Source: an uncultured virus (IMG/VR IMGVR_UViG_3300026549_002477)
Lineage: Duplodnaviria; Heunggongvirae; Uroviricota; Caudoviricetes
Direction: 5' to 3' (one strand)
Virus record (IMG/VR): IMGVR_UViG_3300026549_002477
Length of the DNA stretch: 64,000 nucleotides
The position numbers and the translations under genes are program-made. The stretch's first letter is position 1. Each line of letters begins with the position of its first letter. The notes beneath the pieces are model-generated. The model had not been told where the DNA came from. It saw nothing but the letters and a program-made list of their open reading frames with translations, and did no database searches. Shown here in pieces: positions 41,397 to 50,625 of the stretch.

Positions 41397-42653
41397 ATGA
41401 ATAATCCTTGGGGTCAAAGCGGACAACAAATTCCGATTCAGAATCAATTTGGTGGTCAAAGTAATATGCAGCAAGGACAGAGTGGGCTTTGCGGAAATTC
41501 TATGATAAATAATGGAATGAATCAAACTAGCATTCCTAGTAGACCAGGAATGATGAGTCAGCAAATGCAAAGGCCAATGCAGCAGATGCCACAAAGTGGA
41601 CAGACAATTCGTCCTATTAATCAGGCTAACATAAATAAAACTGTACAAGCTGGACAAAATGCTATACCAAAAGAAATAGATATGGGTTTTAATAGTTTTA
41701 AAGCTATATCAAATGGAACTTCTGCTGTCAGTCCATATGGTGATACATACCAGATAAATATTAATAATATACCAGATAAAGCATTCATAAACGCTAATAA
41801 GTTTATTGATATAGCAATAGCTAGAATAGTCAATCATAAAAATTATGCTAATTATCATATAAATCCTGGTGAACCAGATGTAATGTTAATATTTAAATCT
41901 GGTGAAATGAAAAGAATCACTCGTAATGAATTGTGCAGTGAGTATAGATTGCCAAGCACGACTCATCCAAATGGAAAGAAAATAAAGCCTATACAAACAC
42001 TTACTGATGTTGATTTTTATGTATATAGGGAATCTAATATACCTTATAAAGCTATTTATATACCATCAAAGTATGTTGTTCAAACAAGCAGAGGAATGAC
42101 TCCATGCGGATTTTATTTAGTTTGTCCAGTTAAAAGTGATGGAACAGCTGATAAAACTAGGATAACAATGGTAAAGAAAAACGACTTTCATAAGATGTTT
42201 GCAATTCCACCTCAGGCTGGTGTTATAACTGGTAGAAAGAGAAATAATATACCAGAACAAGCTAAGCAGGCATTTAATAGTAATATTGCAAGTCAGATAC
42301 TAAAAGATGAACCAGGGCCAATGCAGAAACCAATGCAGAAACCAATGCAGAAACCAATGCAGAAACCAATGCAAAAGCCTATTCAACAGACACAAATAAA
42401 TAGTACACCAAGTGAAAATAAATACAAATACACTGTTATTGGGCAGTTAAAAGATATAACAGGCAATAGAAAAGGATTTATAGTCAAGAGTTTATCTTCT
42501 GGGGCAACTAAAAAGATTACTGAAAAACAGTTGATTTTTGCTTGTGATCAGCATCTTGTCAATAATGTTTCATCTGTAGTTGCAAACAGTGGAGAAAAAT
42601 TTTTAAGAGGTAATGGTATTTCAATAAATAGTTTGCCAATAACTATTATATAA
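41397..42653 (+). CDS. Hypothetical protein between the topoisomerase subunits: Q/M/N-rich N-terminus, PGDYG-like module, C-terminal DUF3892-like module
   Basis: AGAGG RBS. SGEMKRITRNELCSEY...GFYLVC...MVKKNDFHKMF resembles the 56101 repeats; C-terminal YTVIG...KGFIV...FLRGNGISINSLP resembles 37846. Confidence 0.8.
   Translation: MNNPWGQSGQQIPIQNQFGGQSNMQQGQSGLCGNSMINNGMNQTSIPSRPGMMSQQMQRPMQQMPQSGQTIRPINQANINKTVQAGQNAIPKEIDMGFNSFKAISNGTSAVSPYGDTYQININNIPDKAFINANKFIDIAIARIVNHKNYANYHINPGEPDVMLIFKSGEMKRITRNELCSEYRLPSTTHPNGKKIKPIQTLTDVDFYVYRESNIPYKAIYIPSKYVVQTSRGMTPCGFYLVCPVKSDGTADKTRITMVKKNDFHKMFAIPPQAGVITGRKRNNIPEQAKQAFNSNIASQILKDEPGPMQKPMQKPMQKPMQKPMQKPIQQTQINSTPSENKYKYTVIGQLKDITGNRKGFIVKSLSSGATKKITEKQLIFACDQHLVNNVSSVVANSGEKFLRGNGISINSLPITII
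42318..42377 (+). repeat. 12-bp in-frame tandem repeat (PMQK x5)
   Basis: ccaatgcagaaa x4 plus ccaatgcaaaag. Confidence 0.93.
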
Positions 42654-42747
42654 TTGTCAGCTTTAAATAAAAATTTAATAGCATTTAAGTAATATAAGTG
42701 TTTTTAATTAATAATTTTTGTTGATTAAAATTTTGGAGGTAATAACT

Positions 42748-45060
42748 TTGGCAGATAGTTCAAACACTAGAGAAGAAGGATTATCAAATGTACTCCTTGA
42801 GAATTACTTACCATATGCAAAGAGCACTATTGTTGATCGTGCTATTCCGTTTATTGATGGGTTTAAGCCAGTTCAGCGTAGAGTTCTTTTTAGCATGTAT
42901 AATAATGGGCTTCTCAAGGGTAAGTATATGAAGTCTACAAGAATTGTCGGTGATACAATGGGAAAGTATCACCCTCATGGCGATAGTTCTATTTATGGAA
43001 CTCTTGTCATGATGACAAATAAAATTGAGAACTGCAATGCTCCTTTGATTGATGGCCATGGTAATTTTGGTAAGCGTTGGTCAGCAGTTGGCCCTGCTCA
43101 GCCAAGATATACAGAAGCAAAGCTTACTCCACTTGCAGCAGAATTATTTGACGGAATCAATGAGAATGCTGTCGATATGGTGGATAATTATGACAATACA
43201 TTAAAGGAACCAGCACTTCTTCCTACTAAGTTCCCAAACATTCTTATTAATAATGATAGCGGTGTGGCAGTTGGTATTAGCTCTTATATTCCAACATTTT
43301 CACTTAGGAATGTTTGTACAGCAGTAAGAGGGATTCTTAATGGAACAGTTAAAACAGATGAAGATTTAGCTCATGCTCTTGGGGTTCCGGAATTTCCTTG
43401 TGGTGGGCATGTCCACATTAGTGATGCTGATCTTGTAGCTTTGATTAAAAATGGATTCGGTAGCATCAAGGTTACCGGAGACTATGAGGTTTATCCTAAT
43501 AAAATTGTTATAACTTCTTTACCTTATGGAGTTACGGCTGAAGATTTTCTTGGTGCTATTGATGAGGCTATGCAGACAGGAACAAAGCTTCAGGGTATTA
43601 AGGAATATAGTAATGAGATCGGTATTAATGGACTCAGACTTGTTATTAATATTAGAAATGGATATGAGGCACAGGAAGTTCTTAGAGAGTTATTCGTGTT
43701 TACTCCTCTTAAGACTACAATTTCATTTAGAACTAATGTTATTATCAATAATAAGCCAGAAGAACTTAGTATACGTGGACTTATTGATAGCTGGGTAGAC
43801 TTCAGACAGAATTGCATTAAACGTACTTATGAGTATCGTCTTGTATCTGTTAAAGAGAATGTGCATAAATCAAAGGCTTGGGAAAAGATTTATGATCATA
43901 TCCAAGAAGTAGTAAAGATGATTGCTAGTCATAACAATGATGATGCAAAGTTACTTCTTATGGGTAATTATGATCTTGATGAAATTCAGGCTGATTACAT
44001 TCTTGATCTTAAGATTCGTACCATTACTAAGGATCGCGCCAAGAAAGAAATTGATAAGCTTCATGAAGCTGAAGCAAAAGAAGCTGGGATGGAAGCAATC
44101 ATTTCTGATGTTAAGAATAGATACAAGGTTATCTATGATGAACTTGGGGAGATTTCTGATAAGTATGGTTCTGATGCAAAGACAGATCAGAAGGAAGCAT
44201 TTACTGAGGAGTCTCTTAAGCCAGCAAAGCATGTACCTAATAATGACATGGTAACCGTGGTGATTACCAAGAATGGGTTTATTAAGAGGCTTACAGAAGA
44301 TAAGTATGCTCTTGGTGAAACTTATGTAGCCAGAAATGGCGACTATGAGGTAAAGAAGTTTTACCTTAGAAATAATCAGTATCTTCTGGTGTTCGATATT
44401 CATTCAATTTGTCATAAGATTCTTGTTGAAAGTATTGATACTGGAAGAAGTAATCCTACACAGTCATTACTAAAGACTGTTGGCCTTACTGATTTTAAGG
44501 AAATCCTTTATATTGATGGAGATCATGATTTCAGTTATCATTTCAACATCATATTTACAAATGGTAAGGGTTCTCAGGTTAGGTATAACATTGCTAAAGG
44601 AAATAGAGCACAATATAAGTGCAAATATGGTGAATTAACACCTGGTACTTATATGATGACTCTTGAAGATAAGTTTTTTGTAAAGACAAATTCTGATAAA
44701 GCAGCTTATATAAATGTTACACCTGAAGATAGCTATGGTTTACTTGAATCTTTCAGAATTGCTCGTCCTTATAAGAATGATATGTTTGTAAAACTTATTC
44801 CGATAAGCAAAGTTCCACATATTGATATCATTGATTTTAATAAGTATACTAAGGGATATCCTGTTAGAATTGGTGACGATCTTCTTGAGCCAATGGATAT
44901 TAATGAAGAAACAGATACTGAAGAGAGTGCACCAGAGGTTTCTGAGTCTGAAGCAGAAGTAGAAAGTGAAGAAAGAGTTGTTTCTGATGAAGAGCTCGAC
45001 ACTGAAACTCTTGAGAACTTTAAAAATGTTCAAGTAATTGAAGATACTAGTGAAGATTAA
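42748..45060 (+). CDS. gyrA: Type IIA topoisomerase subunit A (GyrA/ParC family)
   Basis: DGFKPVQRR, KYHPHGD, GHGNFG and catalytic PRYTE. TTG start after GGAGGT. No GyrA-box was recognised. Confidence 0.92.
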   Translation: MADSSNTREEGLSNVLLENYLPYAKSTIVDRAIPFIDGFKPVQRRVLFSMYNNGLLKGKYMKSTRIVGDTMGKYHPHGDSSIYGTLVMMTNKIENCNAPLIDGHGNFGKRWSAVGPAQPRYTEAKLTPLAAELFDGINENAVDMVDNYDNTLKEPALLPTKFPNILINNDSGVAVGISSYIPTFSLRNVCTAVRGILNGTVKTDEDLAHALGVPEFPCGGHVHISDADLVALIKNGFGSIKVTGDYEVYPNKIVITSLPYGVTAEDFLGAIDEAMQTGTKLQGIKEYSNEIGINGLRLVINIRNGYEAQEVLRELFVFTPLKTTISFRTNVIINNKPEELSIRGLIDSWVDFRQNCIKRTYEYRLVSVKENVHKSKAWEKIYDHIQEVVKMIASHNNDDAKLLLMGNYDLDEIQADYILDLKIRTITKDRAKKEIDKLHEAEAKEAGMEAIISDVKNRYKVIYDELGEISDKYGSDAKTDQKEAFTEESLKPAKHVPNNDMVTVVITKNGFIKRLTEDKYALGETYVARNGDYEVKKFYLRNNQYLLVFDIHSICHKILVESIDTGRSNPTQSLLKTVGLTDFKEILYIDGDHDFSYHFNIIFTNGKGSQVRYNIAKGNRAQYKCKYGELTPGTYMMTLEDKFFVKTNSDKAAYINVTPEDSYGLLESFRIARPYKNDMFVKLIPISKVPHIDIIDFNKYTKGYPVRIGDDLLEPMDINEETDTEESAPEVSESEAEVESEERVVSDEELDTETLENFKNVQVIEDTSED

Positions 45061-45084
45061 GAATAAAATTTGTGGGAGCTTTCT

Positions 45085-46695
45085 ATGCAGGTTACATCTT
45101 TTTGGGATAGAATTGAAATTCCTCTTGGGATTATGACATCTCTTAATAACATTTTCGGATCAATCCTTATTGGAGGAGTATCAAAGGTAGATCCAGATAA
45201 GCAGGAGTTTAGACAGAAAAAGCAGAAAGAAGTTCAAGATTCAATTACTGCTTTTAAGGGATACTTTCCAGAGAATGTATTTACTAATTCTTATGCTATC
45301 TTTTATGAAATTATAACTGACTTCAAACTTGAAGATTTTACAGCTGATCAGATGGAGTCAATACTTGAAACTAATAGAGATCTTGTCCTTGATAGTCCTT
45401 ACATTAATAAGGCTAAGTATTCTCAGACAAAAGATGGAAACATTGCAAGTGATGATGATATACTCAATGCGTTTATTTTTCAAGCTATAGATGATCTTAA
45501 TAGACTGTCTAATATGGATGTTACATTTCCAGAATATGAAACATCCTGTAAAGCTTATATAAACTGGTATCAGAATAAGTTTGCTGAGTTTACAGCAGTT
45601 AATATGGCATCTATTATGTCAGATGATGGGTATGACGAGAGACAGTCTGGAAAGAGAACAAAACATTATCATGGAATTGAAGACATGACTGCATATTATA
45701 ATAAAAATATGAAGATCATTAAATCAATGTCTGAAAATAATAGAATTCAGAGTACAGTTATTGGTCAGCAATGGCTAGATGATGAATTAAGAGACAGTGA
45801 GAGTATTGATAAAGATAGGACGCTGTTTAAGATTGGCATTGAAGAGATTGATAATGTTATTGGATATCTGAGAAGAGGCCATATGCTTGGAATCATGGGG
45901 CCGCCTAAGGGTGGAAAGACTAGATTTACAAACTATATTGCATGCACAGCTTTGATGCATGGGTTCAATGTCTGTGTTTGGCCACTTGAAGGAACTAAGG
46001 AAGACTGGATTGCAATGTTAACATCTTGTCTTATTGCAAAGGAATCATATGGAAGAGAGAAGAATTCTGATAAGATTTTAAGAATCAGCTCAAATGACAT
46101 TGAACAAAATACTTATAATATTGATGATAAAGAGAAAGATAGAGAAATTAGAAACATTGTTAATTCAGCCAAAACTCAATTAGCAATCAATCCAAAGTTT
46201 GGAAAACTTTCATTTATTGAGGGTACAGCATATGTAGAGGATTTTCTTGACCAGCTGAAGTCTCATTGGGAAACAGATAATCAGTTTGACATTCTTATTA
46301 TTGATCCGCTTATCAATATAATGACAAAGACAGGCATTGGTAAGGTTGAGAGAATCTCTGATGCATATAAAAATCTTTTGAACTTTATCAACCATGGGCT
46401 TAGAAAGCCTGTACTCGCTATTATTCCTGCTCAGCTTAAACAGGATTATGTTGATTTCCTTAGAAGAAATCCTGACGAGACGATTGATGTTACAGCCGGT
46501 GGTGAATCTGCTGAGACAGAAAGAACTCCGGATGATGTCATCGGATTGTTTAGTAACAAAGATGAGAGAGCAAATAACATAATGCATATTTACAGCGTTG
46601 CATCAAGACATAATGGAAATTTCCCAGACTTTCAGGCAAAGTGCTATCTGGAGTGCTGTATGTTTATGCATGATGATTCTGCTCCTAGCCACTAA
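45085..46695 (+). CDS. dnaB: DnaB-like replicative helicase
   Basis: IDNVIGYLRRGH, Walker A GPPKGGKT, PLEG, LIIDPL, PAQL, SRHNG in SF4 order. Confidence 0.8.
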   Translation: MQVTSFWDRIEIPLGIMTSLNNIFGSILIGGVSKVDPDKQEFRQKKQKEVQDSITAFKGYFPENVFTNSYAIFYEIITDFKLEDFTADQMESILETNRDLVLDSPYINKAKYSQTKDGNIASDDDILNAFIFQAIDDLNRLSNMDVTFPEYETSCKAYINWYQNKFAEFTAVNMASIMSDDGYDERQSGKRTKHYHGIEDMTAYYNKNMKIIKSMSENNRIQSTVIGQQWLDDELRDSESIDKDRTLFKIGIEEIDNVIGYLRRGHMLGIMGPPKGGKTRFTNYIACTALMHGFNVCVWPLEGTKEDWIAMLTSCLIAKESYGREKNSDKILRISSNDIEQNTYNIDDKEKDREIRNIVNSAKTQLAINPKFGKLSFIEGTAYVEDFLDQLKSHWETDNQFDILIIDPLINIMTKTGIGKVERISDAYKNLLNFINHGLRKPVLAIIPAQLKQDYVDFLRRNPDETIDVTAGGESAETERTPDDVIGLFSNKDERANNIMHIYSVASRHNGNFPDFQAKCYLECCMFMHDDSAPSH

Positions 46696-46721
46696 TATAA
46701 ATAAATGGTATAGAATATATT

Positions 46722-47201
46722 ATGAATTTAACAGATAAATTGCTGATAGCAACAATAATATTGATATCAGTGCTTTTATGTTTAATCATAGCTTTGTTAT
46801 ATAAAAATGAGAGACATAAGAAAGCTATGATTAAACTTCGTAAATACATAAATAACAAGAAATCTTTGAATGATGAAGATTTTTTGACAATATATCAGAA
46901 ATATCGAACACATTATAATGATTTTGATCTTGTAGGTTGTTACATATTACATGATTTAACAAATGACAAGTATTATGTGGGCCAATCAACCCATGTACCA
47001 AAAAGAATATATGATCATCTTAATGGGAACAGTGGAAATCCAGATGTTTATTTTTACTACAGGTCTGGGCATAAATTTGAGATTACTATGATACCTTTAA
47101 TTGGTACAAGGTATTTAAGATTGGACGATATGGAAAGAGACTTGATAAAAGCCTATGACTCTGCAAAGAATGGATACAATCGTTCAAATGGCAATAGATA
47201 A
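46722..47201 (+). CDS. GIY-YIG nuclease with an N-terminal membrane anchor
   Basis: GCYILH...YYVGQS...R...H, conserved E (MERDLI) and GYN. Hydrophobic N-terminal helix. Confidence 0.83.
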   Translation: MNLTDKLLIATIILISVLLCLIIALLYKNERHKKAMIKLRKYINNKKSLNDEDFLTIYQKYRTHYNDFDLVGCYILHDLTNDKYYVGQSTHVPKRIYDHLNGNSGNPDVYFYYRSGHKFEITMIPLIGTRYLRLDDMERDLIKAYDSAKNGYNRSNGNR

Positions 47202-47219
47202 GTGATTTTGGAGGAAGAG

Positions 47220-47891
47220 ATGGCTGAATACAGTAAAGATTTGTTAAACATGCTGAGTGAATTTGTTATAGGAGAAATTGGTAAAGGTGCTCTTTATGGA
47301 GTAACTTATACAATGATATTTAATGAAGAAAAGAATGGTTCACTCTATAAGAGATGCAAAGCAATTAAGCAAGAAGCTTATAATTGTGGGTTTGGCATTG
47401 ATGAAGTATTTAGAATCTTTGAGGTATCTAATGGTTTAATTTTTGATATGGATATGGAAACTGTTAAACAGGTTTCTGCTAAAATTGCAGAAGCTATTGA
47501 AACAGAAGAACAGATTCAGATACCAAAGGAATATATTTATGATCAGTCATCACAAAGAAGACGTAGAGATCTTATCAATCTTGCTAAATTTTTAAAGAGA
47601 GAATATGATAAAGGCAATCATGATACAGAAGTTGCTTTGTATAGTAGAAATATGACAGGTAAGATTTTTGTAGATGGTACTTGGACTGACGGGTCATCCA
47701 TTAGAATTACTTATCCAGCTTTTGCTCTTAGACATTGGGATATGAGTACACTTAATGAAAAGCTTCTTGAAAAAGCAAATATTAAATTAACTCGTATAAG
47801 ACCATGTGAAATACTTCCAAGAAAAACTGGAGTAAGTTTTGAATTTCATGTTGATCCTGTTGATGCAAATAGTAGTAGTTGGGGATTCTGA
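47220..47891 (+). CDS. Hypothetical protein
   Basis: GGAGG RBS before the ATG at 47220; sits in the replication operon. Confidence 0.82.
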   Translation: MAEYSKDLLNMLSEFVIGEIGKGALYGVTYTMIFNEEKNGSLYKRCKAIKQEAYNCGFGIDEVFRIFEVSNGLIFDMDMETVKQVSAKIAEAIETEEQIQIPKEYIYDQSSQRRRRDLINLAKFLKREYDKGNHDTEVALYSRNMTGKIFVDGTWTDGSSIRITYPAFALRHWDMSTLNEKLLEKANIKLTRIRPCEILPRKTGVSFEFHVDPVDANSSSWGF

Positions 47892-47896
47892 TTAAA

Positions 47897-48832
47897 ATGA
47901 AAGTAACAATAAGGCATCCAATATCAACCGGAGAGAAGTTTATTCTTGAAACATTAGAATCAGTTGATGACATAAAAGTTAATAAATATAGCATTATGTC
48001 AATTGATGGATCTACTACAAATACCGGTATAGCTATTATAAGTGAAAGTGACAGTGGAATTTTATATAGCCTTTCAGTTGAAAGAGAGAAAGATACTGAA
48101 GAGCCTGTAAGATATAAGATTAGATTAAAGAAACTTGTACAAAATATACTTTCTAAAAATAGGTTAATAACTCAGGTTTATTATGAGGAACCTGTAATAG
48201 CTAATCCATCAGCTGTTAAAAATCTGTTCATGCTTAGATCTTTTATTGAAGAAATGATTATTGAAAATGAACCAGATTTTGACTATATTAAGCACTATGA
48301 AGTAAGTAATATACGTTGGAAAACAAGATTTCTTAGACCAGATAAGCTTCCAAGTGGCACAGAGAAGCAGAAAGAAGCAGTTAGAAAGAAATTATTAAGT
48401 ATGATGCCGTTTCTTGAGCCAGTCACTCAAGATGAGGTGGATGCAATTTGTTTGGGTGCAGTAGCTTGTGCTAATCTTAAAGAAAACAATGATGGTGATG
48501 ATTTACAATCACATAAAAAGGCAAGGCCATTTAAGTTCAATATAGAATTTATCGGGGCTAATAGTGACGATGAAATGACCGATGAACTACTAGAAGTTTA
48601 TAGTGGGCCAGATAAGTTACTTGAGAATGGACTTGCATTATCTGAAATAAATAGTAAAACTAATTTTGAGAACTATATTTATAAAACCATGGGTGATGAT
48701 GATAAAATTTTAATCATTAAGTTTAAATCTTCATGCCATGGTGATGTGATTTTAAAATATAGAGTTGGAAGATTAGCACAGGAATTTGATTATATTTATG
48801 CAGTTGTGTGGAGAACAAATCGTAAAAATTAA
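47897..48832 (+). CDS. RuvC-like Holliday junction resolvase with C-terminal extension
   Basis: MSIDGSTTNTGIAII, VYYEEP, RWK and QDEVDAICLG give the RuvC catalytic acidic pattern. Confidence 0.8.
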   Translation: MKVTIRHPISTGEKFILETLESVDDIKVNKYSIMSIDGSTTNTGIAIISESDSGILYSLSVEREKDTEEPVRYKIRLKKLVQNILSKNRLITQVYYEEPVIANPSAVKNLFMLRSFIEEMIIENEPDFDYIKHYEVSNIRWKTRFLRPDKLPSGTEKQKEAVRKKLLSMMPFLEPVTQDEVDAICLGAVACANLKENNDGDDLQSHKKARPFKFNIEFIGANSDDEMTDELLEVYSGPDKLLENGLALSEINSKTNFENYIYKTMGDDDKILIIKFKSSCHGDVILKYRVGRLAQEFDYIYAVVWRTNRKN

Positions 48833-48849
48833 ATTCAGAGGGCATTGTT

Positions 48850-49362
48850 ATGAAGTGTAATACTTGTGGAAAAGATGCTAAAACTCTTCATCCTTATAAA
48901 GATTCAGTAGGAGATAATTATTTCATTTGTGATGAGTGTTATAACAAGGTTAGTCATGGTAAATGCATTAAGTGTGGAAAAGATTTAGATGAAGGTTCTC
49001 GTGCAGGCTTGTGTAAAAACTGTTTGCAGGTTAAACTGACTGAAGATGCTGTTGAATATTCAGAGGAAAATAGTGATGCAGTAGCAGATATTTTAAAGGA
49101 TTACATAGATAATTTTACTGGTGAACAGCCAAGTGAAGAAGTTATAGAAATATTTGCTTACATGAAGATATTTGAGACCGGAATAAGCAGAGATAAGTAT
49201 AATTTATACATGCCAGATGTAATTAAATTAACTAGAAGTAATGTTAAAAAAGTCATTAAGAAAAAAGTAAGACTGATTATTGATGGGGAGACACCAAATA
49301 GTAGCACTAATGAAATATGTAGGCTTAATAAGGTGGCGTTTATAGATGTTCAGGACTATTAA
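48850..49362 (+). CDS. Zinc-finger hypothetical protein
   Basis: Four CxxC motifs in the N-terminal 60 aa. Confidence 0.8.
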   Translation: MKCNTCGKDAKTLHPYKDSVGDNYFICDECYNKVSHGKCIKCGKDLDEGSRAGLCKNCLQVKLTEDAVEYSEENSDAVADILKDYIDNFTGEQPSEEVIEIFAYMKIFETGISRDKYNLYMPDVIKLTRSNVKKVIKKKVRLIIDGETPNSSTNEICRLNKVAFIDVQDY

Positions 49363-50533
49363 TAACACAACATTAGATAAATTGAATAAATATGGCTTTG
49401 GGACAGACATTGATTCTCTTGAGAGCTATATGATTGATTTTAAACAGGCTAGCATTGTATCTGATTTATCTGACTACAGGGAAGAATATAATATATTATA
49501 TAATATATTAAGGGACGTTAAGCCAGCTTCTGTTGTACTTAATAAGAATACTGAGATACCAGAAATAAATGATGAAAAATCAGAGTTATTAGCTAAGCAT
49601 AAAAATCATGAGTTTAGTTCAGAGTTTGGATTGATAAACAAGATGTATGGATATGACAACATTCTTGGAAATCAGTTTTTGACTAGGGCTAAAGATTCAA
49701 ACTGTAATGATGTGATAGGTATAGTTCAACCACGCGGATTAAGCATTGACTGTATATTTATTTATGGGAGTTTATATAAGATCTATTGTGTGAATAGCAA
49801 TAAGATCAGATATGACATTACAGATTATTTAAGAGAATCCTTAGGTATTGATGCAATAATTGATTTTGAAGATTTTGAAAGAGTAGAACTCAGAGGCACA
49901 TTGATACTAAGAGATGGTGTACCTGTATTTAGAAAGAATACTGAGTGTTCTGTAATGGAATACATTAGACTTGGTATTTGTGCAGATAAATTAAGAGTTT
50001 TATTTGATGATATTGTTATAAAAGACGATCCAAATATAGAAATACCATTTAAAAATCAATGGGATAAACTTGAATATCTTTGTGAAGCAGTTGGTCAAGA
50101 ATTGGTCGCACCATATTATTTATCCAGAGATATAAGTTTAAATCCATTAAAAAATATATTGCAATCAATTAGTAATTCAGTAGACAAAAGTATTAAAGAT
50201 GAAGTTATAAAGTATAATTATAGTGGTATAGAAATTAGACTTTCAGAAGATATATACTGTGATGCTGATTATAGTTACTTCATGTATGTAACTGATGACG
50301 TGCCACAGAGCAAGGTATTTGAATCAGTTATAAGGTCTTATCGTTTTGATAATATAGATGGCAGGTTAATTCCTATTATTAACATAGCTGAAGTAAAATA
50401 TACTGATAAACTTTCTGTTAATAGCATCGAAATTGATGATGTTTTTAATATAGACAAGTACAATTTATATCCTGGGACACGAGTAAGGTTTAGAATAGTT
50501 CATAATAAAGCTATACTAAGCATGGATGACTGA
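49346..50533 (+). CDS. Degenerate NAD-dependent DNA ligase N-terminal half (adenylation and OB domains), catalytic Lys apparently absent
   Basis: QPRGLSI in the KxDGL position, YDIT, VELRG, YSGIEIRL (cf. IDGVVIK), GRLIPIINIAEV, LYPGTRV. Confidence 0.65.
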   Translation: MFRTINNTTLDKLNKYGFGTDIDSLESYMIDFKQASIVSDLSDYREEYNILYNILRDVKPASVVLNKNTEIPEINDEKSELLAKHKNHEFSSEFGLINKMYGYDNILGNQFLTRAKDSNCNDVIGIVQPRGLSIDCIFIYGSLYKIYCVNSNKIRYDITDYLRESLGIDAIIDFEDFERVELRGTLILRDGVPVFRKNTECSVMEYIRLGICADKLRVLFDDIVIKDDPNIEIPFKNQWDKLEYLCEAVGQELVAPYYLSRDISLNPLKNILQSISNSVDKSIKDEVIKYNYSGIEIRLSEDIYCDADYSYFMYVTDDVPQSKVFESVIRSYRFDNIDGRLIPIINIAEVKYTDKLSVNSIEIDDVFNIDKYNLYPGTRVRFRIVHNKAILSMDD

Positions 50534-50625
50534 ACCTACAAAATAGCCTAGTGAATTGTATTGAGTATAATAATCTTGATAATTTAGTGCTTATAATAGA
50601 CTAGTTAGTAATGGAGATTAAAAAT

